A DNA stretch of 64,000 nt from Diplonema japonicum. Its lineage: Eukaryota; Protista; Euglenozoa: Diplonemea. The position numbers and the translations under genes are program-made. The DNA is taken from positions 434,001 to 498,000 of the forward strand of contig OZ025679.1 in the NCBI GenBank assembly GCA_964019335.1, written 5' to 3'. This document shows positions 21,561 to 33,300 of the stretch, piece after piece. How positions within the stretch are numbered: position 1 is the stretch's first letter; each line of letters begins with the position of its first letter. Below the pieces are notes generated by a model. The model was not told where the DNA came from. It saw nothing but the letters and a program-made list of their open reading frames with translations, and did not search any database.

Positions 21561-23420
21561 CTCCATCGGACCGCTAATGGCATCAACGAAAAAAAAGGGG
21601 GGGGTGTTTTCATTTTCAAAGCTTTGGGTGGAGGGGTTAGGGAAGCGAGGTAGAAGCGGGAAAAGATTCTCTTCCCTCTCTCCTCTTTTTTTTTTCTTCT
21701 TCTTCTTTTGAACGCTCCATATTCTCTAAAACCTGTTTAAAAAAAAAGAACCTTGAAGATTTTTTGCAGTACTTTTGTGCACTTCCACGAGAAACAACAG
21801 TTTTCTCAGACCTCCTAACGGAAGGGGGTGGGGTGGGGTGTCAAAACGGGTTTTAGAGATGTGACGCGAATGTTTGCTGGGACATACCTATATTCCAGTT
21901 TTTCTTGTGTTTTTTATCTTGTTCCCCTCTCTTCGTTTTTTTTTCATCTTCTCTATTTTTGTTTGCTTTGGTCTTCCCAAGAAGAAGGACGCGGGAAAAA
22001 TGTACCAAGTCGGAAAGAAAGAAGAGAGAGGTAGGTGGGAAGGGGAAAAAAAAAGGGGGCTCTTATTTTTTTTAAACCCCTCCATCCTTTTTTAAAGTTT
22101 TATAGCCCTTAAGAAGACGGAGAAAACTATTTTAAAACAAAAAAAAAAAGAACAAAAACAAAAAAAAAGGACAAATACGATTGCCAATACCTTCATGACA
22201 TAGTGTCATAAGGCTAGTCCTAATATAAAAAAGAAAATCAAAAAAAAAAGAAAAAAAACCCAGGTTGAGAAGGGGGGGGGGGGGGGGGGAGAAATTCTTT
22301 GGTTTGTAGGCCGAAATCAGTGTAGGAGAAAAAAAGGGGGGGGGGGGAAGGGGCCAATACAAAAAAGAATAATAAATAAGCTCCCATGTCTTCAGGGCTA
22401 AAAGATGAGAAGGGAATAAAGAAAAAAAAGGGGGGGGGGGGGAAACAAGAAAAATAACGCTCTTTTTTTTGATTTCTTTTTTTTTTTTTTTGATTTTTGT
22501 AATCTATACCGGAGGACTGCCCAGGGTTTCTTTTTTTATGGAAAAACGAGAAACCCAATTACCTTCCCACTGCCACTCCTTCTTTTTTTCCCCCCCCACT
22601 CTTATCTGATATTTCTTCCTCTCTTTCTATTACACAAAGTACGGGTCTATTCCCTCTCATCAACCCCCCCCTTTTTTTTTTTATATTTTTGAAAACAAAA
22701 GACGAAGAAAAAAAAGAAAATACGAAAACCACACGAGTCTGTTCCTCTTTCTTTTCCTTTTTTTTTGTTTTTTATTTTTTTTCTTCTTTCCCCCCCCCCC
22801 CCTAATTAATTATAATACCACTGGCTACCTATAAATTATTCTTTGTCATCAAAGCACCAAAGGGCACCTCCCTTAGGATAGGGTTGGTAGGAGAGGGATA
22901 AAAAGAGGGGGGGGGGGGAAGAAAAGCAGGGCCCACAAAGGCCGTGATCACAAAAGAAATAAGGGGTTTTTTGTGCAATAGGTTAACCTAATGCAACACC
23001 CTGCAGTTTTTTTTTTTTTTTTTTTTTTCACAGGAAGGAGAGAAAAATGGTAATTTAGTGTCTCCCTCATTTTTTTTTAATTAAAAAGAGGAGCTGGCCG
23101 TTGTTTGTACGTGCTGGTTAAGAAACGCTGGAGAAGTTTGTCCCGTAGACAAACTGTCACGTTCTCCTTTTGTTTAGACTAGTTAAAGGTTCATTCTTGC
23201 AAAAAAAAATATTGTAGCCCCCCCCCCCCCCCCTCTATAGTTCTACTACCCCACCTTCCATCGCCCTCCTTTGTTTGCCAATTCCAACTTTTAAGACAGG
23301 GCACCAAAGCTGAACATATAACAACGGAATATAAAAGAAAAAAGAAAGAAAAGGAGGGGGGAAACTCACAGAATCAGTGTGGACTTTTTTTTTTTCTTTT
23401 GCATAAAGATAACTACACAA

Positions 23421-23451
<31 letters not shown>

Positions 23452-23651
23452 GAAGAATAATAATAAAAAAATAAGAAAAACCCTACCCCCCCCCCCCCCC
23501 ACCACCACCACTACCACCACCATATTTTTTTTTTTGAATTTACCATTTTCTTTTCTTTTTTCTTTCTCCTTTATATCACTTTGTTACTTTCCCTTTTTTT
23601 TTTTTGTTATCGCGAAGAAAAAAAAAAAAAAAAATAAGGCGGGGGAGGGCT

Positions 23652-24400
23652 ATGGATGACACAACAGAGAGCAATGTACTAGGCTGCGTTACCTTGAAAG
23701 AGCAGGTGGAGAGGTTGAGGAGGGAGTTTTCAAAGGAAAAACACGCAAGCGTATCAAGAGACAGAGAAGGCTACACCACAGGATACACAACATCCTCCTC
23801 AATAGGACCCTACACAAGCGAGTCAAATGCATCAGGGCACAGGACAAGAAGAAGGACTGGATCAGTCCCCGTGAAAAGGTCGACGAGCAAGCCTCCTTTT
23901 CTACCAGTAGGGACGGTTAAACGACAACCGCCAGCCACACCACGCACCGCACCAACCGCATCACGTTACGCTGCACCCACACAACGGGTCCTCGCACAGA
24001 AGGTAGACAAGCTGGAAAAAGAAATGAAGGACATGAAACAGTGGAAGTCTGTCGTTGACGCCACCTTACGGCGGAGGCTGAACAAACAGAAGCAGCTTGT
24101 CCAGCAGGTCCTGTCGCTTTCAAAGGAAGCTGATGATCTTGTTTGTGAGCAAGAGCAGATCCGCGCGCACGTCCGCCTGCTCGAGGAGTACAGAGCAGAG
24201 CGTGTCAACAGCAAGAAAAGAAAAGACGACAGCACCGTCGAAAGAACCCGGGAAACCACCTACGCCACCACCGACTCGGGTTCGGGTTCCTTCACAGAAT
24301 CAAACCTGACCTCTCTTACAGACCTGCTGTCGGATGATCCTCCGCAGCGCCGCTCCTCTGACATGAAGGACTTAAAGAAGGTGTATGCATGGATGAAGTA

Positions 24401-24401
<1 letters not shown>
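23652..24401 (+). CDS. hypothetical coiled-coil protein
   Basis: ORF with heptad-rich segments, an A-rich leader and a T-tract after the stop. Confidence 0.75.
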
Positions 24402-24442
<41 letters not shown>

Positions 24443-24573
24443 GATTTTTTTTTCTTTTAGAATCTTTTTTTTGGGGGAGGTATGAAGAAGAAAAAAGAGA
24501 ATGGCAATCTTTTTCGGCAGGTTTCAAACCCGGCTAAAAACACCCGACTTTTTTTTTTTTAATTTAAAAATTT

Positions 24574-24677
24574 TAGCCCCCTGCCTAGCTCAAAGGAGTT
24601 CCGCAAAGATGAGGTGATTGTCGTTCGGCGATCCTGTTCCTTCACTCGTTTTTCCGGAGGCGGGGGGGGTTAGACTT
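24574..24677 (+). ncRNA. candidate structured small RNA (single hairpin followed by AGA; euglenozoan H/ACA-like)
   Basis: TAGCCCCCTGCCT pairs with AGGCGGGGGGGGTTA. There is an inner GATTGTCG-TT-CGGCGATC hairpin, then AGA at 24672-24674 before a T-run. Confidence 0.3.
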
Positions 24678-24925
24678 TTTTTTATTCACTTCGTAGATTT
24701 TCTTCTTCTTTTTTTTTTAAAAATAAATCGTGTTTGAAAACGCGATATAAAAGAGACACCCCCCCCCCCCCCCCCCTCCCCGACCCCTCCCTCGCCATAC
24801 TTTTCCCCCTTTCTCATTTTCTTTCGTTTCCCCTTTCATCCCCCCCCCCCGCTCCTCCTGATTTATGTTGCTTGACCCTAAAGAAGAAGAAAAAAAATAA
24901 GAATAAAAGGAAAAAGACAGAGCGA

Positions 24926-25915
24926 ATGGAAGAATGGAGAGACGTCATGGTGCACAGATTCAGTGTAAGGTACGCAAGCAGTCCGGAGGGCGGTGTCCTA
25001 GACTGTGTGGAGTGGCTGAGGGGCTTCCTGAACGACGGTATGGAGTGCCTGCGTGTGCTGGTAGAGGACACTAACGAGGGAGGTTACCAAATACAAAGGG
25101 TCCGAAAACCTGCCATCAACACCCTGAACGTCCTGAAGAAGAGCCTGGAGGACGGCCACGAGGAAGTCCACCTGAGAGCAGGAGAGCTAGCAGGGATGCA
25201 ACATTACCTCCGCAGAACGAAGAAAGAGTTAAAAACCAGCCTCGTGAAGGTCGAAGCCGACAGAAGCACAGCTGAACAAAACCTGCTTTCAAATCGACAG
25301 CAAGTCCGAGAACTGAAAGATACCAACGTGCAACTGCAACGGGAAAACCGGCAGCTTGATGAAGCAATAAAAAAGCTAGCTGAAGAGGCTTCAATGCAAA
25401 CAATGAAATATGAGGATCTTCAAGAGAAATACGCGTTCTTAGTAATGCAGAAGGAAGAGAAGTATATTGAAGAAGAGACAAAAGAGGAAGAAAAGAATGA
25501 AAAGGAAAAAGACGACAAGGAATGCCAAGAATGCCCGAAGATCAGGGAGCAGCTCAACGGCACCCTGCTACGCCTTGAAGCTGCAATCGCCAACGAACGA
25601 AAGACTTATGCGAACCTCAAACACCTGCAGCAGCAGTACGGGCTTGTCGATTCATATGTTGAGGACCTCAAGCAAGTCATCTCGTCTCGGTTTATCCCGC
25701 AGGCCTTCCACCGCTGCAGTGCCCACGACACAAAATGGATTTTTGGTACCCGCAAGATCTCCCTCCACCCTGCGGGGAAGAACGTCATAGCCGTGGTAGG
25801 TGGAGGGTACATCCCCCTGCGTGACTTCATCCTCCGATCAGGCGAAGCGGAAAAAGCCAAAGAAAGACGGCGCGTTTCCGCACCTACCTTCCCCACACCG
25901 CCCCCAGGACACTGA
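24926..25915 (+). CDS. coiled-coil protein with C-terminal GAR (Gas2-related) microtubule-binding domain
   Basis: WIFGTRKI...VIAVVGGGYIPLRDFIL matches the GAR consensus (YxFG...VRVGGGWxxLxEFL). Confidence 0.75.
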   Translation: MEEWRDVMVHRFSVRYASSPEGGVLDCVEWLRGFLNDGMECLRVLVEDTNEGGYQIQRVRKPAINTLNVLKKSLEDGHEEVHLRAGELAGMQHYLRRTKKELKTSLVKVEADRSTAEQNLLSNRQQVRELKDTNVQLQRENRQLDEAIKKLAEEASMQTMKYEDLQEKYAFLVMQKEEKYIEEETKEEEKNEKEKDDKECQECPKIREQLNGTLLRLEAAIANERKTYANLKHLQQQYGLVDSYVEDLKQVISSRFIPQAFHRCSAHDTKWIFGTRKISLHPAGKNVIAVVGGGYIPLRDFILRSGEAEKAKERRRVSAPTFPTPPPGH

Positions 25916-26043
25916 CGGGTTCTTTTTACAAAGAATCCTACGGGAAACGTGAAGGAAAAAAGAATTTTTTTTTGGTGGGCCGTTGCTAACCACTATCATA
26001 GTGAATTTTTTTGTGAAAAGATTCCATACAAAAACAGGAGGAG

Positions 26044-27099
26044 ATGTCTAGGAGGCCGGAGCTCGAAGCGCTTCTCCGCACGGCCGCCACTAGTAACAAA
26101 GGAGGTCTTGAGGATGACATGTCTGACGGTGAGGAGGACGAGGCAGCAGGTCTTGCTAAGAGGATCCTTGAAGAGAAGGGCGACGGGTTCTCCAGGATAG
26201 CAAGCAGTTCAAGAGAGGCGAAGCAAGTTGCGAAGGAGTTGCTGGCCGACCATGAGCAGCGTGAGTCCATGCTTGCCTCGAGGAGTGCTCATGGGGCGCA
26301 GCACGCGTCTGTTGCATATGCCAGGCGGCGGAACATCACAACTCCTAAGAACCCCAATGGTGTGTCAGTGCGTCCGCCCATGCCTCTTGCCCCCCCGCCG
26401 CCTTCCATGTCGCCCCCACCGCGCTGTTTCGTGGAACATGTTGCGTACAGTGAACCGCCGCCGCCGCCGCCTTTGCAGCCCCCGCCGCCAGACACACCGC
26501 CTCCTTCAGACACCAAGCCTGAAGCGCCCCCCCAGGCCATAGGTATCACCATTAACATCTCCAGCAAGGACCGTGCCAAGGCGTCGACGTCGACCACTGC
26601 ACCCCGCATCAAGAAGACTGAGCAGGTTGTGAAGCCCGTGCCTACCGTGCAGCCTCCCCAAATAGCACCCCCTGCAGTGACCCCTCCTCCTCGGGTCAAG
26701 CCGGTGCCTTTTGTGCAGGTGGCCAGTCCGCGTGATGATGAGTCCGTTCCACTGAAGAACCATGCGCGTCGGGTGGCGGCACTTGCCTGCTGGTTTGCCT
26801 TGGGCGCTGTAGATGTGCTTACAAAGCTGTTGTTGCTTATCTTCTCACCTAGATCGCAGCCAGCATGGTTGTCGCCGAAGAGGCCAGAGTGGCACATGAC
26901 AGGCGGCGCCATTCCGGTCCCCGTACCTGTTCCTGTGCATGTGCCTGTTCCTGTTCCAAGAGAGCCGCCAGCCCCTGTGTACACTACACCGCCTTCTCAG
27001 CCTGTGTCGCGCAACCTGCAGAGCCCCGTCCGCGACAGGGACTTCACGAGGTCTGCCGAGATCATGTCCCAGCTTTCTATGAAGCGCTCTCGGCGGTAG
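26044..27099 (+). CDS. hypothetical proline-rich protein
   Basis: 351-aa ORF with coding-like composition. Confidence 0.7.
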   Translation: MSRRPELEALLRTAATSNKGGLEDDMSDGEEDEAAGLAKRILEEKGDGFSRIASSSREAKQVAKELLADHEQRESMLASRSAHGAQHASVAYARRRNITTPKNPNGVSVRPPMPLAPPPPSMSPPPRCFVEHVAYSEPPPPPPLQPPPPDTPPPSDTKPEAPPQAIGITINISSKDRAKASTSTTAPRIKKTEQVVKPVPTVQPPQIAPPAVTPPPRVKPVPFVQVASPRDDESVPLKNHARRVAALACWFALGAVDVLTKLLLLIFSPRSQPAWLSPKRPEWHMTGGAIPVPVPVPVHVPVPVPREPPAPVYTTPPSQPVSRNLQSPVRDRDFTRSAEIMSQLSMKRSRR

Positions 27100-27330
27100 C
27101 ACCCAACCCTCCAGACCCTTGTACATGACCGTTAAACGTTCCCCATGTGTTGTCTCTGCTGTTTGTTTCGTTTATTTATATTTTTTGACCACAGCCACAA
27201 TCTTGATGCTCGTTTGTCTCGTGCGCCGTCACTTGCACTCGTCTGTCGACCTCTCTCCATCTTTTTTTTTTTCTTTTTTTTTTTTCTTCAAACAAAAAAA
27301 AAAAAAGCGGGGAAAAGAAAAAAAAGAAAA

Positions 27331-27416
27331 ATGGCTGAAGCGCAAGCCCAAGAAGATCTAGCCTCTCTTCTTGAAGGGTTGGAAATCGATGGACTGATGG
27401 ATTTGGTATAATGACG

Positions 27417-27453
<37 letters not shown>

Positions 27454-28209
27454 AGGAAAAATTCCAAGGCGGAGCGCCTGTTACGGAAGAAGTGGAGGGA
27501 GAGGAGGAGGATTTTGAGTACCAAGATGATAGGTAGTGTGTGGGGGGGAGTATTCTAATATTTTTCAACATAAATCAGATCTGGTTTCCCCAAGACGGTG
27601 TCGGCGCCTCCCTGCCTTACCAATTACACACCAGACCCATGGGCACAGACAGCGCTCAGTGGGCTGCTGTCAGCACCGACGGCACCCATGGAAAGCCTCC
27701 CTCGCCTTGCGTCTATGCCTTCAACGCTGCACGCAGGCGCGCCTCTAACCGGCAACCTCCCGGCATGCCTTACTGCAGAAGATCTTGAGAAGGATCTTGT
27801 TATGGGCATCAACCTCAACACCACTGCAGTCGCTTTACCCGTGGACCCTGTGGCCGAAGCACTTATGATGAACCCTTTCATGCAGAATTTAAATGTGATG
27901 GGGATGATGGGTCAGGAACCCCCCTTCGGGTTAACCAGAGACCCTCTGGCTCTTCCAGATGAGGACATGGATGCCGCAGGAGGTAAAAAAAGGAGGAGGA
28001 GGAGGAGGAGGCCGAAGAAGGACAGGAGGGTATGAATTAAAAAAAAAAAAAAGAAACACCAGGACGACCCGGCCTACTGGGAAACACGACCCCCTGCCGA
28101 GCAGTGCATGATTATTCCCATAATGGAACAGGCTGACTCACCACAACAGTCCTCGATGGACACTGGTTTGCCCATTAGCATGTCTGTAGCACAAATGGCT
28201 GTGGCGTGA
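27331..28209 (+). CDS. hypothetical 4-exon protein with acidic patch and basic KKRRRRRRRPKK tract. Introns 27406-27455, 27533-27578, 28030-28062
   Basis: Three GT..CAG introns give a continuous frame from ATG 27331 to TGA 28207-28209. Confidence 0.75.
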
Positions 28210-28614
28210 AATAGGCGTGATAGTTTTCTTCTTCTTCTTTCTTTTTTTTTTTTTTTTTTTTTTTTTTTTCCTCCATTCTTTGACATTTCCCTATCCTTGT
28301 TATGACAAATGACTATGAGTTTTTTTTTTTTTTTTTTTTTTTTCCCGCTGCGAAACAAAAATGAAGAAAAAAGATGAAGAAAGAAATACCCCCCCCCCAC
28401 ACCAGACGCGGAGAGGTTTTAAAAAAACGGCCTCTGCTTTCTTTTCTTTGTGTTTTCGGTTTTTTTTTTCTCTCTAAATAGAGGGTGGGGAGGGAAAATG
28501 AGGATATTTCCCTCTGCTTCTTTTTCTCTTTGAAGGAAGACAAAAGGGTATTGTAAGGGGGAAAAGCTGGAGAGAAAAAGAACACGAAAAAAAAAAAAAA
28601 AAAAAAAATGAATA

Positions 28615-29588
28615 TGAGCTTGTCCGGACGAAAATGTCAACATTTTTTTGGGCACCTCCGAAAATTTCTTGTTTTGATTAGTTGAGCAAAAAAAGGGCAG
28701 CATGCAACCATAGGAAGATGACATATATGGTGTACATGACGCCGTTCTTTCAATTGCGATGCTTGTTTTGCCATGAGGGCAGCAGGCTTTGCAACCGGCT
28801 GCCCCCGGGAAGCGAAAAATAAAGGTCAGAAAAACGGCGAAAAATGTTTAAAATGCAATTTCATTGCTTAAAATGCAGCATCTAGGGTGCATAAAATTGG
28901 TGATCAAGCGCACTTGTGACCCCTGGGTACTGTTAAAAGTACTTAGCGAAAAATATATGGCGCCGCATAGCCCCCGAAAATCCGGTTTTTTACACCCTAT
29001 TTTTTGGCTTTTTCAAGGGGTTCCTAAGGGATTTTGGCCTTTTTCAGAAGAACCAATTCTTAACACTTGCCTGCTCATGCAGAGCTTCGACATTGGTATC
29101 TTTGGGGTCAAACTTTCATTCTCTACCCATCTGCTGAGGTTTTTCCTTTTCTTTTGCACTCATAATACTGGGTTTTAAAGGGATTTTAGCCTTAAATAGG
29201 CCAAAATGGCACTTTAAGGGTAAGTTCTTCCCACCCCATTTTAATAGTGATTTAGAGTCCAGCCCACCCAAAATGACCCCAAAGGTTTCACAGATTTTCA
29301 ATCTGCGTCCATTCCTCCTGTCGCTTTTCACGGGAAAACGAGAATAAGAAATGGAGTCTGGGTTATTTGTAACTTCGTTTGCTAAAAGCCATTCTAAAAA
29401 ACATGTTTTTGCACGTGCGTTTTAAAAATAAAACAAACTGCGAGCATTTTGACCTATATGGTGTTCAAGCTTAGACTGCATTTCTGCACACAAAGTGGTG
29501 TCGGACTACTTTTTTACTTAGAAATTTAGCGGGGGTTTTCTGCCGCATAGGAGGGTCATTTGTTGACATTTTTTTCTGGACGAGCTCA
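28615..29588. mobile_element. ~970-bp non-autonomous TIR element with TA flanks (Tc1/mariner-like)
   Basis: TA|TGAGCTTGTCCGGACGAAAATGTCAACA at the left end and TGTTGACATTTTTTTCTGGACGAGCTCA|TA at the right end (28-bp TIR, 4 mismatches). The interior lacks the long homopolymer runs of the flanks. Confidence 0.8.
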
Positions 29589-29776
29589 TATAAAAAAAAG
29601 AAGAAAAAAAAAAAACCTGAAAAGATGCCTTTACCTTCCCCATACCCCCGTACCGCAAATGGGGCACCTGAGCTTTTTTTTTTTTTTTTTTTCTTTTTCT
29701 TTTTTTTTTTGTTTTTATTGTTACGCTTATGGGTCTGCTCTCGCTGTACCGCTACGAGAAAGGCTATTTTGCTCTT

Positions 29777-29807
<31 letters not shown>

Positions 29808-30685
29808 ACAAATAGCCAAGCAAGGCAATAAAGATTCCCCCCCCCCCCCCCCTTCAAGTGTTCCTTCCGGCAGTTACGATTTAGCGAACACTTTTTTTTC
29901 TTTTTTTTTTTCGTCTACTAACCAGTTCCCCCTCCGTTTTTTTAAAATGCTTTTTTTTACAGAAGGGGGGGGGGGGGGGGGAGAGAGAGAGAAAAGCGAG
30001 GAAGAAAATTTAAGAACTTTCTTTTTGTTCTTTTTTTTATTTTACAGTACATTTCCCCCCATATCTAATACCTTTTCCCTCCCCCTTTCCCCATCTCTTT
30101 TGGATCAAATCAGTTGTAATCGGGGTGGGTGGGCGCAGCACAAGCATGACACACACAAAAAAAAAGAAGAAGAAAAAGAGGGAAATTATTGGGAAGGTTG
30201 GGGGGGGGGGGACAAAAGAAAAATAAGAAAAGAAAATAAATGTATGAGAATATTGTTTTTTTTTTTTTTTTTTTTTTTTTTTTTGTTCTTCCCTCCCGCC
30301 CCCTTCCATTGTCCTTTTTTTCCCCTTCCACACCCCATTTTCCCCTCTGACTTCTAACCCCGGGGAAAAAAAGAAAAAAGAAATATCAAAGGAAAAAAAG
30401 AAGAAATAACCCTGACCCCTCTCTGCTTGTGCTGCCTGCCTGTCTTCCACCACCCTTTCACCCTTTGTATGTTGCCCAACTACATTCTTACCCTCAGATT
30501 CTGCGCACATATGGTTTCTTTCCCCCCCTTTTTTTCTCCTTATACCCCCCCATCGTTTTTTATTTTTTGTTCTTTCCCCCCACCACAAAAAAAACCCCCC
30601 CTCCCCCATCTCTGTTTATTGTTTTTTTTTTATAATTATTCTGCCAACGCCACAACAACAAAAAGGAGAGGGGGGGAAAAAAGAA

Positions 30686-31996
30686 ATGTGGTGGACATGG
30701 GTCCCATGCTCTAACAAATGTGGCCGAGTCTGTCCCCCTGACAGTGACACGGAAATATGTTGTTCTGTCTGTACCAGCAGCAGATGGACAACAAGGTCAC
30801 ATTGTGAAACATGCTGCAACGTGCAGATCGCCACTGTCCTCCCAGCCTTTGTGTCCTTGGTGGCCGCAGATGGAGGCCACACCTACGGCCCCTTTAGAGT
30901 TGACCATCACAGAAAATGCGGCCATCTTTACACGAGGCTTCGCATGCTGGAACATAAAGGAAGCGACCATCTAGCCGTGGACTGGACAGGCAGGATCACC
31001 GACAAGGGAACCATAACAGGCGGCGACGACGATTGGCAAGTACTTCTCGAGATAAATGAAATCCTCCCTGAGGTGTGCACAATTTCTCTTGCCGCGGTGA
31101 AGCAGTTCCTCGCATCTGTCTCCGGGCGTCTTGTGTCCAGACCGTCTTTGGAAGACAACGGCACCCTGTGGTCTATTAACGAGATCAAAGCTGACGACCT
31201 AGGTGGGACAACACCGTTGCTGCACCCATTACGAGGGTTGTTGCCGCCAAGGTCTTACCTGTCTTCAGACCAAAAGCTCTCCTTCAAAAACAAGGGTTTT
31301 CTGCAGGTGAAGCGTGTCGTCCCGGAAGCCGTCATCAACAACGCACTGTGCCACATCAACTCAGCCCTGTGTGATTTTGGTCACGTTGAGAAGAAGAAAA
31401 ACAGCGGTGAGATATATTTAAAGCACCTCCAATGCCACCCTTCCATCACCGCCCTCCTCTACACATCCCCCGCTTGGAGCATGGCGCAGGATCTTATAGG
31501 CCGGGACCAGGTGTGGCCTGTCGGGGGCGGTCAAATCGCACTGCGTCCTCCTCAAACAGAGATATACCAAGCACAAGAAAACGTATGCAAGGAGTATAAA
31601 AAACACTGGCACATCGATGGTATAGATGAAGGGCTTCACTCTAGTTTTACTCTGCTTGTTGGGATCACCTTGACACCCGCTTTGAACGCGAACATGGGTA
31701 ACCTTCTTGTGTGGCCTGGTTCGCATCATGTCCTGTGTCCGCTCATGAATAAGAATCACTATGCAAACAAGGCACTTCTCGCAGACTGCCCTGACATCGG
31801 GCTTCCTCAATCCGTCCTAGCACAGTCCGGTGACGTTGTCTTCGCCCATCAGAAACTTGCCCACTCGGGTGGGCCTAACGCCGGGCATTCCATAAGGTAC
31901 CAGGTGTACTTCCGACTTTCTCACAAAAAGCACGAGCAGCTTTCCTCACACGGTGTCACTCTAACAGACCTTTGGGTGGAGTTCGAGGGGGTATAG
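30686..31996 (+). CDS. PhyH-family 2OG-Fe(II) dioxygenase with N-terminal Cys-rich (putative Zn-binding) extension
   Basis: GFLQVKRVVP, WHIDG, GNLLVWPGSH and GDVVFAHQKLAHSGGPN...RYQVYFR motifs. The N-terminus has CxxxC..CxxC..CxxC. Confidence 0.85.
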   Translation: MWWTWVPCSNKCGRVCPPDSDTEICCSVCTSSRWTTRSHCETCCNVQIATVLPAFVSLVAADGGHTYGPFRVDHHRKCGHLYTRLRMLEHKGSDHLAVDWTGRITDKGTITGGDDDWQVLLEINEILPEVCTISLAAVKQFLASVSGRLVSRPSLEDNGTLWSINEIKADDLGGTTPLLHPLRGLLPPRSYLSSDQKLSFKNKGFLQVKRVVPEAVINNALCHINSALCDFGHVEKKKNSGEIYLKHLQCHPSITALLYTSPAWSMAQDLIGRDQVWPVGGGQIALRPPQTEIYQAQENVCKEYKKHWHIDGIDEGLHSSFTLLVGITLTPALNANMGNLLVWPGSHHVLCPLMNKNHYANKALLADCPDIGLPQSVLAQSGDVVFAHQKLAHSGGPNAGHSIRYQVYFRLSHKKHEQLSSHGVTLTDLWVEFEGV

Positions 31997-32218
31997 AGCA
32001 CCACCCGAAAGAAAAATCCCCTCTCTTGCTTAGTTTACAATATCCTGCTTCTTCTCTATCTCCAGTTTTTTTTTCCAGCATACGACCATTTTGTATATTG
32101 TTCATCATAAGTACATCTGTGTCTACTAAAGGGAACAACAAAGGGGGGAGTTTTTTTTTTTATCTTCCGCAAGATTTCCCCCCACATTTTTTTTTCTTTT
32201 TTTTTCTTTCCCCCTTAA

Positions 32219-33235
32219 ATGGAGGATGTGATGGGAGGTGACCCCGATACGGAACGGTTTGCCTTGTTCAGGAAGGGCGGCGGTGACTATTCGTCCGCAG
32301 TTAAGATGCCGCCGATGGAGCTTGTGATGGAGGGCAGGGTGGTGCAGGGTGTGGACATGTTATGGCGTGCGGCGCACCGTGACGCAGATGGGAAGATGAC
32401 GCGCGGCCCGTTCTTACGAACGGTTGAGGTTCTGACAGATATATACCCTTGTATGCTGGTTCTCCTGTGGGAGCTTGTCAGCTCTGGCCGCAGTTCGCTT
32501 GCATATCAACAGTTCACAGATGTTCTATGGGTGTGGCTTGCCACCATATGCGAGTCAGATCTCACAGTCGACTCCATTGTCAACCAGCTAGCCATCCTCC
32601 ATGAAAAGCTCCTCACCAGCTCTTCGACCTGCGACCCTAATAAGAAATGGCCCGACCCCATCGTGGCTCCCGTGTCGTACAACGCCCTCTACCGTGTTCT
32701 CCCTACTGCCGTTTTACTTAATCCGTTGAAGGGCGTGGCTGTTTCATACATGGATTGCGGACAGGGTTGGGAAACGGGTCTGGAAGAAGAAGAGGAGGGG
32801 GATGAAGAAGACGAAAAAGAAACCAAGAAACAAAAGAACATACGGCCTACCACCATGAAGACACCACAATGCCCGGTTGTCACCGAAATACCTAAACCCG
32901 TGGAACCCTTGACGCGGTGGAGGCTGTGCTGCAACCCTGACATCCTGTCAGGGAGTTGGATCCCGCACCGTCCGCTGTACCCAAAACAATTCGTGCGCAG
33001 GGCTTCGGTTGGGAAGCTTACTGAATTGGCATTAGTGGACACATGTGCCACGAAGCGGTTTAAGCCCCCTAAGCCTCAACAAGAAGAGGTCTTGAAGCCC
33101 CTCAAACCATTTGAGCCTGCCGCCATTATCAGAGAGCGTGCCCGCCGGTCTCTCACCCGGATATCCTCCTCAACATCCTACCCCCTGCTTCATAGGAACC
33201 TTAACGACATGCTAGCTGCAGACGTCCTGTTCTGA
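32219..33235 (+). CDS. hypothetical protein
   Basis: 338-aa uninterrupted ORF. Confidence 0.7.
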   Translation: MEDVMGGDPDTERFALFRKGGGDYSSAVKMPPMELVMEGRVVQGVDMLWRAAHRDADGKMTRGPFLRTVEVLTDIYPCMLVLLWELVSSGRSSLAYQQFTDVLWVWLATICESDLTVDSIVNQLAILHEKLLTSSSTCDPNKKWPDPIVAPVSYNALYRVLPTAVLLNPLKGVAVSYMDCGQGWETGLEEEEEGDEEDEKETKKQKNIRPTTMKTPQCPVVTEIPKPVEPLTRWRLCCNPDILSGSWIPHRPLYPKQFVRRASVGKLTELALVDTCATKRFKPPKPQQEEVLKPLKPFEPAAIIRERARRSLTRISSSTSYPLLHRNLNDMLAADVLF

Positions 33236-33300
33236 CTTTACCGATGCCAAGCCTTCTCCCTTCCGGAAGACTACAGGCTGCAGTGCACGGTGTTGTCCCA

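Noticed and set aside
22974-22995. Near-perfect palindrome TGCAATAGGTTAACCTAATGCA
   Set aside because: Single short occurrence with no supporting context.
21090-23420. Numerous poly-Phe/poly-Lys ORFs here and in other intergenic regions
   Set aside because: They are translations of A/T homopolymer runs.
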